Made by a program: the position numbers and the translations under genes. A stretch of DNA of 64,000 bases from Octopus sinensis (Eukaryota): assembly GCF_006345805.1 (NCBI RefSeq), contig NC_043006.1, forward strand, positions 53,568,001-53,632,000, given 5' to 3'. Every line of letters begins with the position of its first letter. The first letter of the stretch is position 1. Shown here in pieces: positions 14,426 to 26,800 of the stretch. Below the pieces are notes generated by a model. The model was not told the DNA's origin and ran no database searches. It was given only the letters and a program-made list of their open reading frames with translations.

Positions 14426-15524
14426 GTCACATGATATACATGCTGCAAATTAGCACATATGCAAACATTGCAAAACTTGACTCACCTCAATAGATACCAT
14501 TGTTTTTGAAAGATTTCTCCTTTCTTTAGATATTTTCCTGAAGACGTTTTCTTCCAGCTGCTCTGCCAAAGTAGCCAATCTGATAGAGATACCACACAGA
14601 AGTGGTCTGGCTCTTTTGGAGTTGCTCTGCAACATCAGCTGCCTCATTGCAGGGATCCATGTGACAACAGCTCAAAGAACCTGTCAAAGGGTCCCAGTTT
14701 CTGCTGATACTTTTCTTTTACTGGAGGAATTGTACAATCATTCAGTTGACCGTGGAAAGAGGTATCCCAGGATTTTGTGTAATCTTACACTAGTTAAGTC
14801 CACCCTTAGCTTGACTCATGATACACCTTTGAAAATCAGATAACTATTTTGATTCTGGTGCTTGCGGTTTGGCTAGTTGTTATAAACAATTAATATACTA
14901 TAACCTGAAATGAAAACTAATAATACATTAAAAGGTTTGAAGCATCATGTAGTGTCTGCTCAGATACCACAGTTTAATGAGGAGAGTCTATTTATTTTTG
15001 AGATGCCAGTGTACATGTAAAAATACACATGCACATACTCACATACATACAATAATGACCTTGGAAAGCGAGACAATAATTCCTTACTGACTTACACTTC
15101 ACCATATTCTCATCTGTCTCTCTTTTATGGTAATTTCGAGTAATTTGTTTTTCTTTCCACATTTTATAAACTCATTCTGCTTTGTTTCTTACAGAAATAA
15201 AAATAAATATGAATAAATAAAAATAAAGATGAAATAAAAATAAATAAATAAATATTAATTTGTCTCTCTTCTAAATATACTTATCTATTTTCTCTATTGT
15301 TCTCTTTATTGCCTGTTTATGTCCAAGCAAAACAAAATTTAGAAAATATTTTACCAGGTATGCTATATTAAAAATACCTTATCTCTCTCTCCCCCTCTAA
15401 AAGTTTTATTCACTATGCTGGTATATCATATTAAAGATATATGTTCCCTGCAAATCACTTATACAGTACAGGTACAGTGTATCAATGAAGGCACACCTGT
15501 CTTCTAGAAGCCATTGTATTGATG

Positions 15525-15913
15525 ACTAGCAGTATCGCCCGGCGTTGCTCAGGTTTGTAAGGGAAATAACTATAAAGCATTTTTAGAGAGTTATAGCCAA
15601 AAAATAGCAAAAAAACAGAAAAAAAATGATGGTAAATTTTTTTTTGAGAGTAAAAAAAGGTTGAGTTGCGTCCCCTAGACAGTCTGTGGTTTATTTTTTT
15701 TGATTCTCGACCCCATGTCGAATTTATCGATTTTTTTCAGAACTGGGGGAACTTTTCAAAATTTTCGCTGCGTTAGTTTTGAATTATGACATTGGGCTAT
15801 GTGTGTGTCAAGTTTCATCAGAATCGGTTGAAAGCCGTGGTCAGAGTGAGGGTTCGAGAAAACAGACACACAGAAACACGCACAGACAAACTGCCGTTTA
15901 TATAGAGAGAGAT
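15525..15913 (+). mobile_element. Non-autonomous Helitron-like (Lep1/HINE-type) element
   Basis: ACTAGCAGTATCGCCCGGCGTTGCTC start; aagtttcatcagaatcgg...acagac microsatellite...tttatatagagagat end. Confidence 0.6.
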
Positions 15914-16269
15914 AATGCAGATACACAATATCAAAAACAGCTAACTGGTCTCCTTTAAAACATTTTGATGACAGCACAGATACATCTTATGACAGATAGC
16001 CCCCCACCTGCTCTGTCTTCTCTAAACCATATTATTGACAGTACAAATGCATCACATTTGAAATAGAGCATTGTTCATACCGATAATATCCTCTACTCGC
16101 AGTCCAAAACGAAAGTATGCTGGGGATATTGTTTGATAGACTGGAGAATTATCATATTGCTTGGAAACAGATAGATATTGGCACCAAGGAAGGGCATCTA
16201 CCTGTAGAAACTCGGCTCCAACATAGTCTCATCCAGCTCAAGCAAGCATGGAAAATTGTAAATTAAAAT

Positions 16270-17150
16270 TATGATTATGTATATACATGTATATATATAT
16301 ATATGTGTGTGTGTGTGTATGGAAAATCGGTGTGTTTGTTTGTGGTGTTGTTAGCTAACTCCTCCGACATCGTTTTATTGATTTTGATGAAACCTGACAC
16401 ATAAGTAGAACTCATGTCTGGAAACCTCGTGAAATACTTAGATTGTTGAAAAGATCAATAATACGGCCCCTAGAAGGGACCTTTATATCTACCGTATATA
16501 GCTATTTTTTTTCAACACCCAAGGGAAATAACCCATACCACAGACAGATTTTAGTGAAGCGATCAATATTTAATTCTCACGATCAGCCGACCTAATTCTT
16601 CATTTCACTAATCACAGTTTTGAACTGCTAAACATTATTATTGCACTTCCTTGATTTGAATCTTAAACCTTAAAGACTTCGTTCATACATTTCTATATAT
16701 ACATACTTTTTTGAATGCCTATTACTTCGATAATTCTGCATTTTTACAATTACATTTTTTCCATGACAGTAGATAAATCTTTTTATTCCACAACGTATTT
16801 GTAGTGGCTTCATGCAGGCATAGCGTAGATTCGATCCTCGACTGCCAAATTTCACTTAACACTTCAACAGCGCTTTTCTCAAGGTAAAACAATAGATTTT
16901 CTGTGAATGACAGTTGTCACACATTTCCCAGATGCCTTCGCTAAGCAGAATAACGTCTTCGCCTCTCGCCAACCTCCGAAAACATCTCTCAACAATCTCT
17001 CCCTCCTCCAGCTGACAGTTTTTTGTACATTTTCGTGATGGAAAATACACCTTTTGTGGCAGTTATAATGAAATTGGTTTCTTATATCAGAGTAATAAGG
17101 CGTTTCAATAGAACATCTTTACCCCCGGAAATTACCGGGTCCGCCAGCTA

Positions 17151-17152
<2 letters not shown>
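16270..17152 (-). mobile_element. Non-autonomous Helitron-like element
   Basis: ACTAGCTGGCGGACCCGG start on -; ...aaatcaataaaacgatgtcggagg...acaaacaaac end. Confidence 0.5.
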
Positions 17153-17235
<83 letters not shown>

Positions 17236-17338
17236 TACAAGTTGAGAACACAGATACAGATTTAGTGGTAAGACGGTTAGACGTCTATTTTTAGTATACA
17301 AGAGATCCATATAGTGATCTCTCATATTTTTTTTTATG

Positions 17339-17740
17339 TTAGCAGTATCACCAGGCGTTGCTCGGGTTTGTTTCGACCGTTTAGAATTGGAATTTTTGAA
17401 AAGTAAAAATTTTGCATTATGTAGTTTGTTATTCTCTTTAAGTGAATATTTTTCTGATTGAAATACACTGAAAAATGGCGACACGGCAGTAAAAAAATCG
17501 TAAAAAATAGGCATTTCCATAGAAAAAAAGCACGTTTTTTATGTAAATAATTTTTGGTGTTAACATGGTCCGATCTGAATTTTTTCTTCTTCAGAAGGAA
17601 GAGCAAGCCTTCTTCTATCATACTCTCAATTTTAGCTAACTTGCGCCGCAGGGTTGAGCAGGAGATAGTGTTAGTTGAAGAGTACCAAACCTGCCATACA
17701 CAGACAACTTCAGCTTTATATACATGCATATATATATATA
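17339..17740 (+). mobile_element. Non-autonomous Helitron-like element
   Basis: TAGCAGTATCACCAGGCGTTGCTCGGGTTTG start, shared with the 15525 copy. Confidence 0.55.
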
Positions 17741-17744
17741 TAAA

Positions 17745-17960
17745 GATAATGAGGTGGTGCAAGAGAGACTGCGCCGGTATGGTCATGTGTTACGAGTGGA
17801 TGAGGACAGCTGTGTGAGGAAGTGCCACTACCTAACTGGAAGGAATCTGTGAAAGAAGTAGACCCAGGAAGACACGAGATGAGGTGGTGAAGCATGACCT
17901 GGTGGCACGTAAAATGCATCATCCAAATGTGGTCGATGCCAGTGTCCACTGTCTCCCATG
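17745..17960 (+). mobile_element. RTE LINE 3' fragment
   Basis: gtggtgcaagagagactgcgccggtatggtcatgtg...agacccaggaagac, similar to the other RTE copies. Confidence 0.7.
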
Positions 17961-18051
17961 CCGGTGGTCCATAATAAGCAAGATGTGGTGTTGAATAGGA
18001 GATGGGGGCAAAATTAGTAATTTTTCAATTTCTCGTTATTTTCTCCATATC

Positions 18052-19001
18052 TGTTTGAGACTAATGATAAATCTCTAAACGAGATATAAACAGTAACTGC
18101 TCTATAACGTAAGGGGCATCAGCCATCTGAATGTGGCTAGGGACAGGGCAGGGTGGTGGGGGTGTTACTGATGCATTTAGCCCCAGGAGATCATCAACGT
18201 CACCAGGAGGGCTGACACCATCTCGGTGTCCTCTAGCCTGCAAAGGGAGATCATTCCCCGAAGAAGCGGATGCTACATACGGACCAGGTTTCAAGGTATT
18301 TGCCTATTATCAACGCATGGTAAGCACCGCTCCTCGACGAATAACTCTCTGTACAGGCTATATATTTAAGGATTTCACAGTAAACACATTTACTGATGTA
18401 GAAAATCCGTTCGAAAGCAATAATAAATCTCTAAACGAGATATAAACAGTAACTGCTCTATAACATAAGGGGCATCAGCCATCTGAATGTGGCTAGGGAC
18501 AGGGCAGGGCGGTGGGGGTGTTACTGGTCAGCCCTCCTGGTGACGTTGATGATCGCCTGGGGCTAAATGCATCAGTAACACCCCCACCGCCCTGCCCTGT
18601 CCCTAGCCACATTCAGATGGCTGATGCCCCTTATGTTATAGAGCAGTTACTGTTTATATCTCGTTTAGAGATTTATTATTGCTTTCGAACGGATTTTCTA
18701 CATCAGTAAATGTGTTTACTGTGAAATCCTTAAATATATAGCCTGTACAGAGAGTTATTCGTCGAGGAGCGGTGCTTACCACGCGTTGATAATAGGCAAA
18801 TACCTTGAAACCTGATCCGTATGTAGCATCCGCTTCTTCGGGGAATGATCTCCCTTTGCAGGCTAGAGGACACCGAGATGGTGTCAGCCCTCCTGGTGAC
18901 GTTGATGATCGCCTGGGGCTAAATGCATCAGTAACACCCCCACCACCCTGCCCTGTCCCTAGCCACATTCAGATGGCTGATGCCCCTTATGTTTGAGACT
19001 A
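18052..19001. mobile_element. Fold-back insertion: 421-bp near-perfect inverted repeat built from a 356-bp unit, flanked by a direct repeat
   Basis: Arms 18106-18526 and 18573-18993 (about 4 mismatches seen); TGTTTGAGACTA at 18052-18063 and 18990-19001. Confidence 0.8.
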
Positions 19002-20866
19002 TTACATTTCAAGTATTGCATCATCTTTGCAAGTGAAAATTGGTCAGCATAGTTGTTGTCTTCTTCTTCTTCCAATCAGGACTCACGTCATTAGCCACAA
19101 AGAACAATCTCTAATTCGAGCCTACTCTAAGCTACTAAGAATGCGTGCGGCAACTTGAAGATCCACCCACCACACGCGATAGACTGACGGTTGCACGGGC
19201 GCGAAAGCTATGTTGTTATTCTCATTCCGTAAACGGTGGCTTTTAACGGGTGGAGAGATGAACCATCCTGGGTTACAGAGGATTCGCAATCTAGACTAGG
19301 GTCTGAAAGTTTTACCACACCATAGTGGGTTACACCATGGTTGCTCTGCTTTGTGGCAGAAATATGAAGAAAGAGTGAGAGAAAGTTGTGGTGAAAGAGT
19401 ACAGCGGGATTTCTGGCCTTGTGTCAAAATTTTAAATCAATGTGGTAATATAGGGAATTGTAAAGCGGCGAGCTGGCAGAAACGTTAACACGCTGGGCGA
19501 AATGCTTAGCAGTATTTCGACTGCCGCTACGTTCTGAATTCAAATTCCCCCGAGGTCGACTTTGCCGTTCATCCTTTCGGGGTCGATTAAATAAGTACCA
19601 GTTACGAACTAGGGTCGATCTAATCGACTTAATCCCTTTGTTTATCCCCTCTATGTCTAGCCCCTTTGGCTGTTGGGAAGAACACCTTAAAAACACATTT
19701 TAATTGCCTAAAGCATTCGTTCTACAAGACCGTTTAACTGCGGATGGTCGTGAAGCGTTTTGTAAAAAATGCTGCCAATTTTCAGTAACAAAGAAGAGAT
19801 TATTGACACACAATCCATTTTGTCTTCTCCATCACGTAACACTGACTGATCAGTCTTTCTCTTATTCTTTATACAGATCGGAAGAGGAGTCTTTTTTTGT
19901 TTTGGGGGATTTTTTTACTAGCAGTTGTGTATTTCTCCAATAGGTATGAGAGTTTCAACAAGCCTCTCGATCCAGTATCACATTATACCAGGAAATCTAT
20001 ACTACATTGGCATTTCGTCAGTTACGGCGACGAGGGTTCCAGTTGATCTGATCAACGGAACGGCCTGCTCGTGAAATTAACGTGCAAGTGGCTGAACATT
20101 TCACAAACAGTTCTCAGAGAGATTCAGCGTGGCACAATATGACATGGCTGGCCCTTTGAAATACTACTCGTTTTTACCAGCTAAGTGGACTGCAGCAACG
20201 TAAAATAAAGTGCCTTGCTCAAGGACACACGCTCCCTTATGATCGTGAGCTGAATATTCTAGCCACTTACCTACCCACGTGCCATCACTATGGAAACCTG
20301 GAAATCTAACAAACCCCGAAATATACGTGTTCTCCCTGGCGTCTTATATTCGATGTAGTTCATATTGTGTACATCCAAAAATGCAGCACCTCGTGAACGT
20401 GGTGAAAATGTGAATGGCAGACTGGCTTTACTTGCTCGAAAATTTTCTGTTGTGGGTTTACATTCGTAATAAAGACGACCCTGATCTATTATCAAATCGC
20501 CAACATGCTAATATTTTTCTCGATCAAGAAAACATTATGGCAATTAGGGACTTAACCCCGTCAAGAGATACTCCAGATAATGGGTTTTTCTGTGTTGTTT
20601 TTTTTTTTTTTTCGAGAATTTATTAATATTCCCGAAAAACTCGCTGAATTGTTAACCATTATTCCTAATGAAACAGCTAGATAGCAACCTGATCAAACAT
20701 TATAAACTAACGAGCTCCCAACGAACTCTGTGTTACGTTTTACATGTATTGAAAGATTTCTCGAAAGATGTGATTACACGTAAATATTTTGTATTGTATT
20801 AGATATTATATTATTACGTTTGAATATAGTGAAATGTTGAGATGTTCTAATAATATTCTATGGATG

Positions 20867-20919
<53 letters not shown>

Positions 20920-23121
20920 TGTGTGAGAGGTAAGAAAGTATTAGTTTTATCTTTATATCCAGCTGAACGTGGATGTCTCGTTAGAACGCTGAAGACAGCG
21001 ATATTAACATTGTGATGTCCTCTCATATAGATACAGGGTGCATAAAAGCACAAGGTGCCATTTTGGTGTGTGATCTACAAGGGAGATTACCATAGGACTT
21101 ACTTAGCATTGTAAATGTACTTTTTCAAAATTCTTACTATTTTAATAATAGGAAAACCATATTTCTTTTATGTCTTAGTAATTAATAATAAAACAATGAA
21201 TAAACAATATAATAATTAAAATAAGCACGTAGATCAGCCAACCAAGTAAATTTGCTCACGTAGACCACAAAACAAAGTAGCACTAACACAAAGTAAAGTC
21301 CCTTTAAATTGTACATCACTCACCAAAGTGGCACCAAGCACAAACATATAGCAGACGAGAATCCTCAATTATGGACGCTGGAACAACTAGTTCACATGGT
21401 TTCAGTCTGAACTTCCTCAGATGCAAGTGCCTGGTGACAGCCTACCAGCAAAATCTCGCTGCCTTGATTTATAGAATTTCAGTCACTAATACCACAAATA
21501 GCAAGAAGGCTTATTAAAAAAATAATTAATAGCAACGGAAGTAGTATTAGTATCAAAATGCAATCTTTATATCCAATTTAAGTTAGATTTCTTAGAATGC
21601 CAAATACTGCAGTCACATGATCTAGCAGTTCTGGTACCCACAACAGATGATTCTCATTTGCAATGACATATCTGTGGTTCTATGCATTGAGCGCCTATAC
21701 CAGAGGATCTCTTCAGGATAATACCTAGTTCTTACAAGACCTCAACGTTAAGTTGGATATTAAGATACTGGTTCCGTTGCTAATAATATTTTTAAAATTT
21801 TATGGAAATAATGTATTATAACATTAGAAATCCAAGAGATTCTTCAATTTTTGCCTGCCAATGCTACTGTAAATACACTTATAAACTACTATCACTGCAG
21901 TCTTCCGATAGACATCAGTTGAGCTTTTTGCCCAATAAAGCCTGATTAAATTGAATTTTATTTTGGGATAATCAGACTTCAGAAAATATCAAAGTTCTAG
22001 GCAGAATGAAAGGACATTGAAGCATGCATTCAGACCCTGCGGAGCAGCGGTGCTAGAGCTGAAGTTAATGAATTTGTTCTAGTGTTTATGTCTTGTTTGA
22101 ATTAAAGTGTTAGGTGGTCAGCAGGAGTTGAAATGCTGACACGCTGCAACGGCGCATGGCCCTATATCTGACCTGAGTTTTAATATAGGAGAGATAACAA
22201 GTGTACGATAAAGAATTTTCTCTGAAGATTGCATTTTCAGGATGATCTATATGGTCTTTACCCTATCTTAATATTCAAACACTTCAGTTAAAAAAAAAAC
22301 AGCATTACATTAGAAATTGTGCAATTCATAGTTCTCTATAAGCTTCCAACAATCTATAGTTTTCAAAATAACCATGGAATTTCCGTAAGTACTGCTAGCT
22401 TCAATTATGCAACTTTATTTTTAGAAAGGCATGTCAAAACACCATCCCACCCCACTTAAACTGTCAGCCTCATGCCAACAAATTTAAGATGTGGAGGTAT
22501 TTCATTCATTTGCCTATGTGGTCACTTGAGCTCCTAGAAACAGCAACCAAATCTATTTTAAATCACATTTTTTGTAAACAAGGACCATAGAATGTGGTCT
22601 TAGGTACACTCAGACTGGAACAAGGACAAGGTGCCTGGTGACAGCCTACCAGTTATGGTTGGAATTCCATTAACATAGATCTGTCTGAACAATATGCTGA
22701 CAACTGTCTCATTCTTGCCACATCTTACAACAGATGAAAAACCAACAATTGCACTGTATTATTAGCTTCCCATTCTGACAGGGGGACCAATCGAGCTTAG
22801 TCTAACCTACTGACAAGTTGTCTATCCAGTTGCATAGGAAAGAGTGGGGTGTCATACGTTAAGCCACTCAAAAGGTTAAGATGCTTAATGTGTTTGGAGT
22901 TTATGTGGTGTGGAATTTGATGGTTCTGAGTTTACCCAGTGTGGTTTTAGTGTGTGTGAAAGAGAGAGGTAGGGTTGTTTGTATGTTGCATATTGCTTTC
23001 AGATTTTCATGTGGTCATTCAATTGCCTTCAAATGGTTGTGGTATAGTTTTTGTGTGATAAGAAGTGGTTATGGCCTTTCACTGTGTGAAGTATTATGGT
23101 TAATATTTTCAACAACTGTAA

Positions 23122-23510
23122 GGCAGTGAGCTGGCAGAATCCTAAGCATTCCAGTCAAAATGCTTAGCAGTATTTCGTCTGCCGCTACGTTCTGAGTTCA
23201 ACTTTGCCTTTCATCTTTTCGGGGTTGATTAAATAAGTACCAGTTACGCACTGGGGTCGATATAATCGACTTAATCCGTTTGTCTGTCTTCTCTGTGTTT
23301 AGCCCCTTGTGGGTAGTAAAGAAATGGGTATTTCGTCTGCCGTTACATTGTGAGTTCAAATTCCGCTGAGGTCAACTTGCCTTTCATCCTTTCGGGGTCG
23401 ATAAAGTAAGTACCAGTTACACCCTAGGGTCGTTGTAATCGACTTAATCCCTTTATCTGTCCTTGTTTGTCCACTATGTTTAGCCCCTTGTGGGTAGTAA
23501 AGAAATAGGT
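23122..23510 (+). mobile_element. SINE family B (ggcgagctggcagaa head) with internal tandem duplication of about 160 bp
   Basis: The gtatttcgtctg...gccccttgtgggtagtaaagaaa module is repeated; related copies at about 5730-5945(-), 19466-19670, 24490-24670(-), 41745-41910(-), 53105-53305(-), 54346-54520. Confidence 0.75.
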
Positions 23511-23526
23511 ATTTCACTTATCTTTA

Positions 23527-23870
23527 ACTTGTTTCAGTCATTAGACTGCAGCCATGCTGGGGCACTGCCTTGAATTTTTTTTAATCAACCCCAGTACTTT
23601 TTTTTAAGCCTAGAACTTATTCTGTCAATCTCTTGCTGAACTGCTAAGTTATAAGGATGCAAACACCCCAACATCGGTTGTCAATCAGTGGTGAGGGGAC
23701 AAACAAAGATATATAAACGCTTCTTTCAGTTTCTGTCAACCAAATCCACTCACAAGGTTTTGGTCAGCCAGAGGCTATAGTGAAAACACTTGCCTAAGGT
23801 GCCTCACAGTGAGACTGAACCCAGAACCATGTGTTTGGGAAGCAAGCTTATCACACAGCGACACCTGCAC
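23527..23870 (-). mobile_element. SINE family A
   Basis: Reverse-complement similarity. Confidence 0.75.
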
Positions 23871-26800
23871 CTATCTTTACATTCTGAGTTCAACTTTGCC
23901 TGTTTGGGATAAATAAAACAGGTACCAGTTTATCACTGGAGTCAATGTAAATCGATTTACCCCACCCGAAATTGCTGGCCTTGTGCCAAAATTTAAAATC
24001 AATAATTTCAACAATTGTTTAGGCACAGTCATGCCTGTGTGGTAAAAAATTTACTTCCCAAGTACATGGTTTCAAGTTCAGTCCCACTGTGTGGCACGTT
24101 GGGCAAATGCCTTCTATATAACACCAGGCCAACCCCAAGCTTCGTTAGTGGATTTGGTAATGGAAATTGAGAAAGAAAAAAAACTATCACATATGAGCAC
24201 ATGTGTGGCAATGTCACTATCATGCAAGTGATATCCTTCATTTCCAATCAACCATGAAAAAAAAAAAAAAAACATCAGGACAAGGGAAAAATACTTGGAA
24301 ACAAGTGAGAGTTGGTGACAGGCAGGGCATCCTGCTGCAGAAAATCCATCTCAGCAAATTCCATCCAACCCATGTCAGCATGGAAAAGCAGACATTAAAA
24401 TTGTTAATAAGGTCTAAGTTATGCACTTTTAGTGCTTCGTGTAAATTTTATTAATATCAGTTTCAAATTTTGGTACAAGGTCAGTAAGTCTGGAGAGTGG
24501 GGTAGGTCAATTACATCAACCCTTGTGCTAAACTGGTGCTTATTTTATCAAGGCCCAAAAAGACAAAAGGCAAAGTCGACCTCAGCAAAATTTGAACTCA
24601 AAACACAAAGACAGACGAAATGCTGCTAAGTCATTTTGCCCAGCATGCTAATCATTCTGTCAGCTCACTGCTTCACGTAAACTGTAATATTGGTTTCTCT
24701 TATGCAATTGTCTGTGGCAAATCAGGGAACACTTAGGATAAGTTACAGATATTGATCTTTGAAGCATCCAAGACAAGTTTAAAAGCTTTAGCTTAGGTCA
24801 TGTAATGGTTTAGCTTAGGTCATGTAATGGTTTTGTTATATGTCATCATAACAAATGTAACAACATACATGACAAACTAAGACTGCATTAGCATGTGTAT
24901 GATGGAATGTTAACAAGAATGAAAAAAAAAAAAAAAGAGAAAGATTTTTTAGAATTTTATTTACATATTTTACATAAATAAATGTTCACATTAACGAAAC
25001 AGAAGCCACAACAGTGAACCAGCAAGGTAAGGTTCACTATAAAAACGACACCTCCCTTGTCTCCAAAGACAGGATTATTTAAACCACCTCAGAACTTCAA
25101 CTATTTTTAAGACAAGGAAATATAGTATAACAAAGACACACACATGCAAATTATAAACCAAGTTCATTATGTTAATGTGCGTGTGGCTGTATGAGAAACA
25201 GAGAGAGAGAGAGGAGAGTCATTGAGAAGAACAGTGACAGACCTTATTGCCTATAGATTATGCAATGAAGTTTTCAAACCACAAATGAGAATGTCCACCT
25301 CTTACAATCTGACTAAATTTAAAAGCTGCTTCAGAAAGCAGCATATTTAAAGATATATGTCAGAATATTTTAAAATGAAATTTTAAAATAGGAGTAAAAA
25401 AAAAACACGCACACACAATAGTTTCAAGACATATACAATTGTGAAAATATACAAATAATAGCCAGGTGAAATATAGTTGTAAAAACATGAGGAATAACTA
25501 AGTGATATAATGGTGATGGTCATCATTGTTAAATGAGGGAGTTGTGGCAATAGAATATTTTATAATTAGAAATAGGACACAATATTTAGGTATTGTGTGT
25601 ACTCCATGGTTTTTTTGCATAACTTTGAAACCATCCTCATCAATGTAGTGATGTTAAGGTGCTAAGAGTATTGAACCACAAGGTAAGGAGTTCAAACCTT
25701 GTTGCTACTACACAAACCATCATGTTGTGCTGCAATGAGCAAGGTACGTAACTCTGCTTAGCCCAGATTATTTGACTGATATAAAACGGGTTCTACCATT
25801 TATGATTTAGGGGTCAAGAGGATGTAAAAATAATTATAATTGCTCCCAAGACCAAGGTATACATAGAAAGAGAGTGGGGGAAATTATCTAAGATACATAT
25901 ATGTATAGTACTCTATGCACGATGTAGAGTCAATTTGTGAAAAGCTGATGATTCAAGTCACCACTTTTCAGTTTCACATCTTGTGATTCTTAACACAACA
26001 AACTAATAAGTAACAAAGTGAATAATCAGCTCCAAGTGTGTATATACATATGAAAATGGATAGTGGTTGTACAGTAACTCTCATGAAATGAAAATTGCAG
26101 AATACTTTTTCATTCTCATCCCAGTAATATTTCATTTGGTATAAACCAGCTGAGCCCATCTTCAAACCTAATCCCATTCAGTAGTCCATAAAAATCTGGA
26201 CTGCATCCTTTGGGGGGGGGGGGGGAACTGCATCCATAGCATAAAAGTATCATCTAGACATGGCCCTATGGTTGGTCTTTCTATTAAAAAAAAAATAATA
26301 ATATTTGGAATTAATTGGTAATTTTTAACTGTCGAGATGTGAAAATTGCATGAAGAGATCAACACATTGGCTCTCAAGCCTCGTTTTATATCCAAAGATC
26401 TCAATATATTTTAATTTCAATATGAGCGCCACATTTTTGCACTATACGTGTGAGGTAGGGGAAGACACAGACAGTGGGTTTTTTTTTCACCCATGAGCCA
26501 CCGGTAGATCGTTCAGAACCTTCTGTTTTGCAAATTAAAATTTTACTAACTTAGTGTGATGTGGAGGAGAAAAAATTATAAAATATAGGAAACAATGTTC
26601 TAGTGTACCATAATCATATCACCCAAGTGATCAGTGTGCCAGCCCAAAAGGATCACAGAAAAAAAAATAACAAAACGCAACAAAATTTTCATAGCTCATG
26701 TGAGAGCCAACAGGTTATTAAAAAAAACCCCACCATTTTTCATAAAACCATTAAAATAAAAATCAGTAAATCAAATGCACCTTGGTTGAAATTTCATTCT

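Noticed and set aside
18320-18345. GCTCCTCG resembling the HDV-ribozyme L3 loop in the 356-bp unit
   Set aside because: The required P3/P1 pairings are not present around it.
18131-18968. Mirror-image 104-aa ORFs as a gene pair
   Set aside because: A consequence of the inverted repeat; no recognisable domain or splice context.
21560-21790. Stop-poor frames in unique-looking sequence
   Set aside because: No identifiable homology or consistent splice sites; possibly an old transposon remnant.
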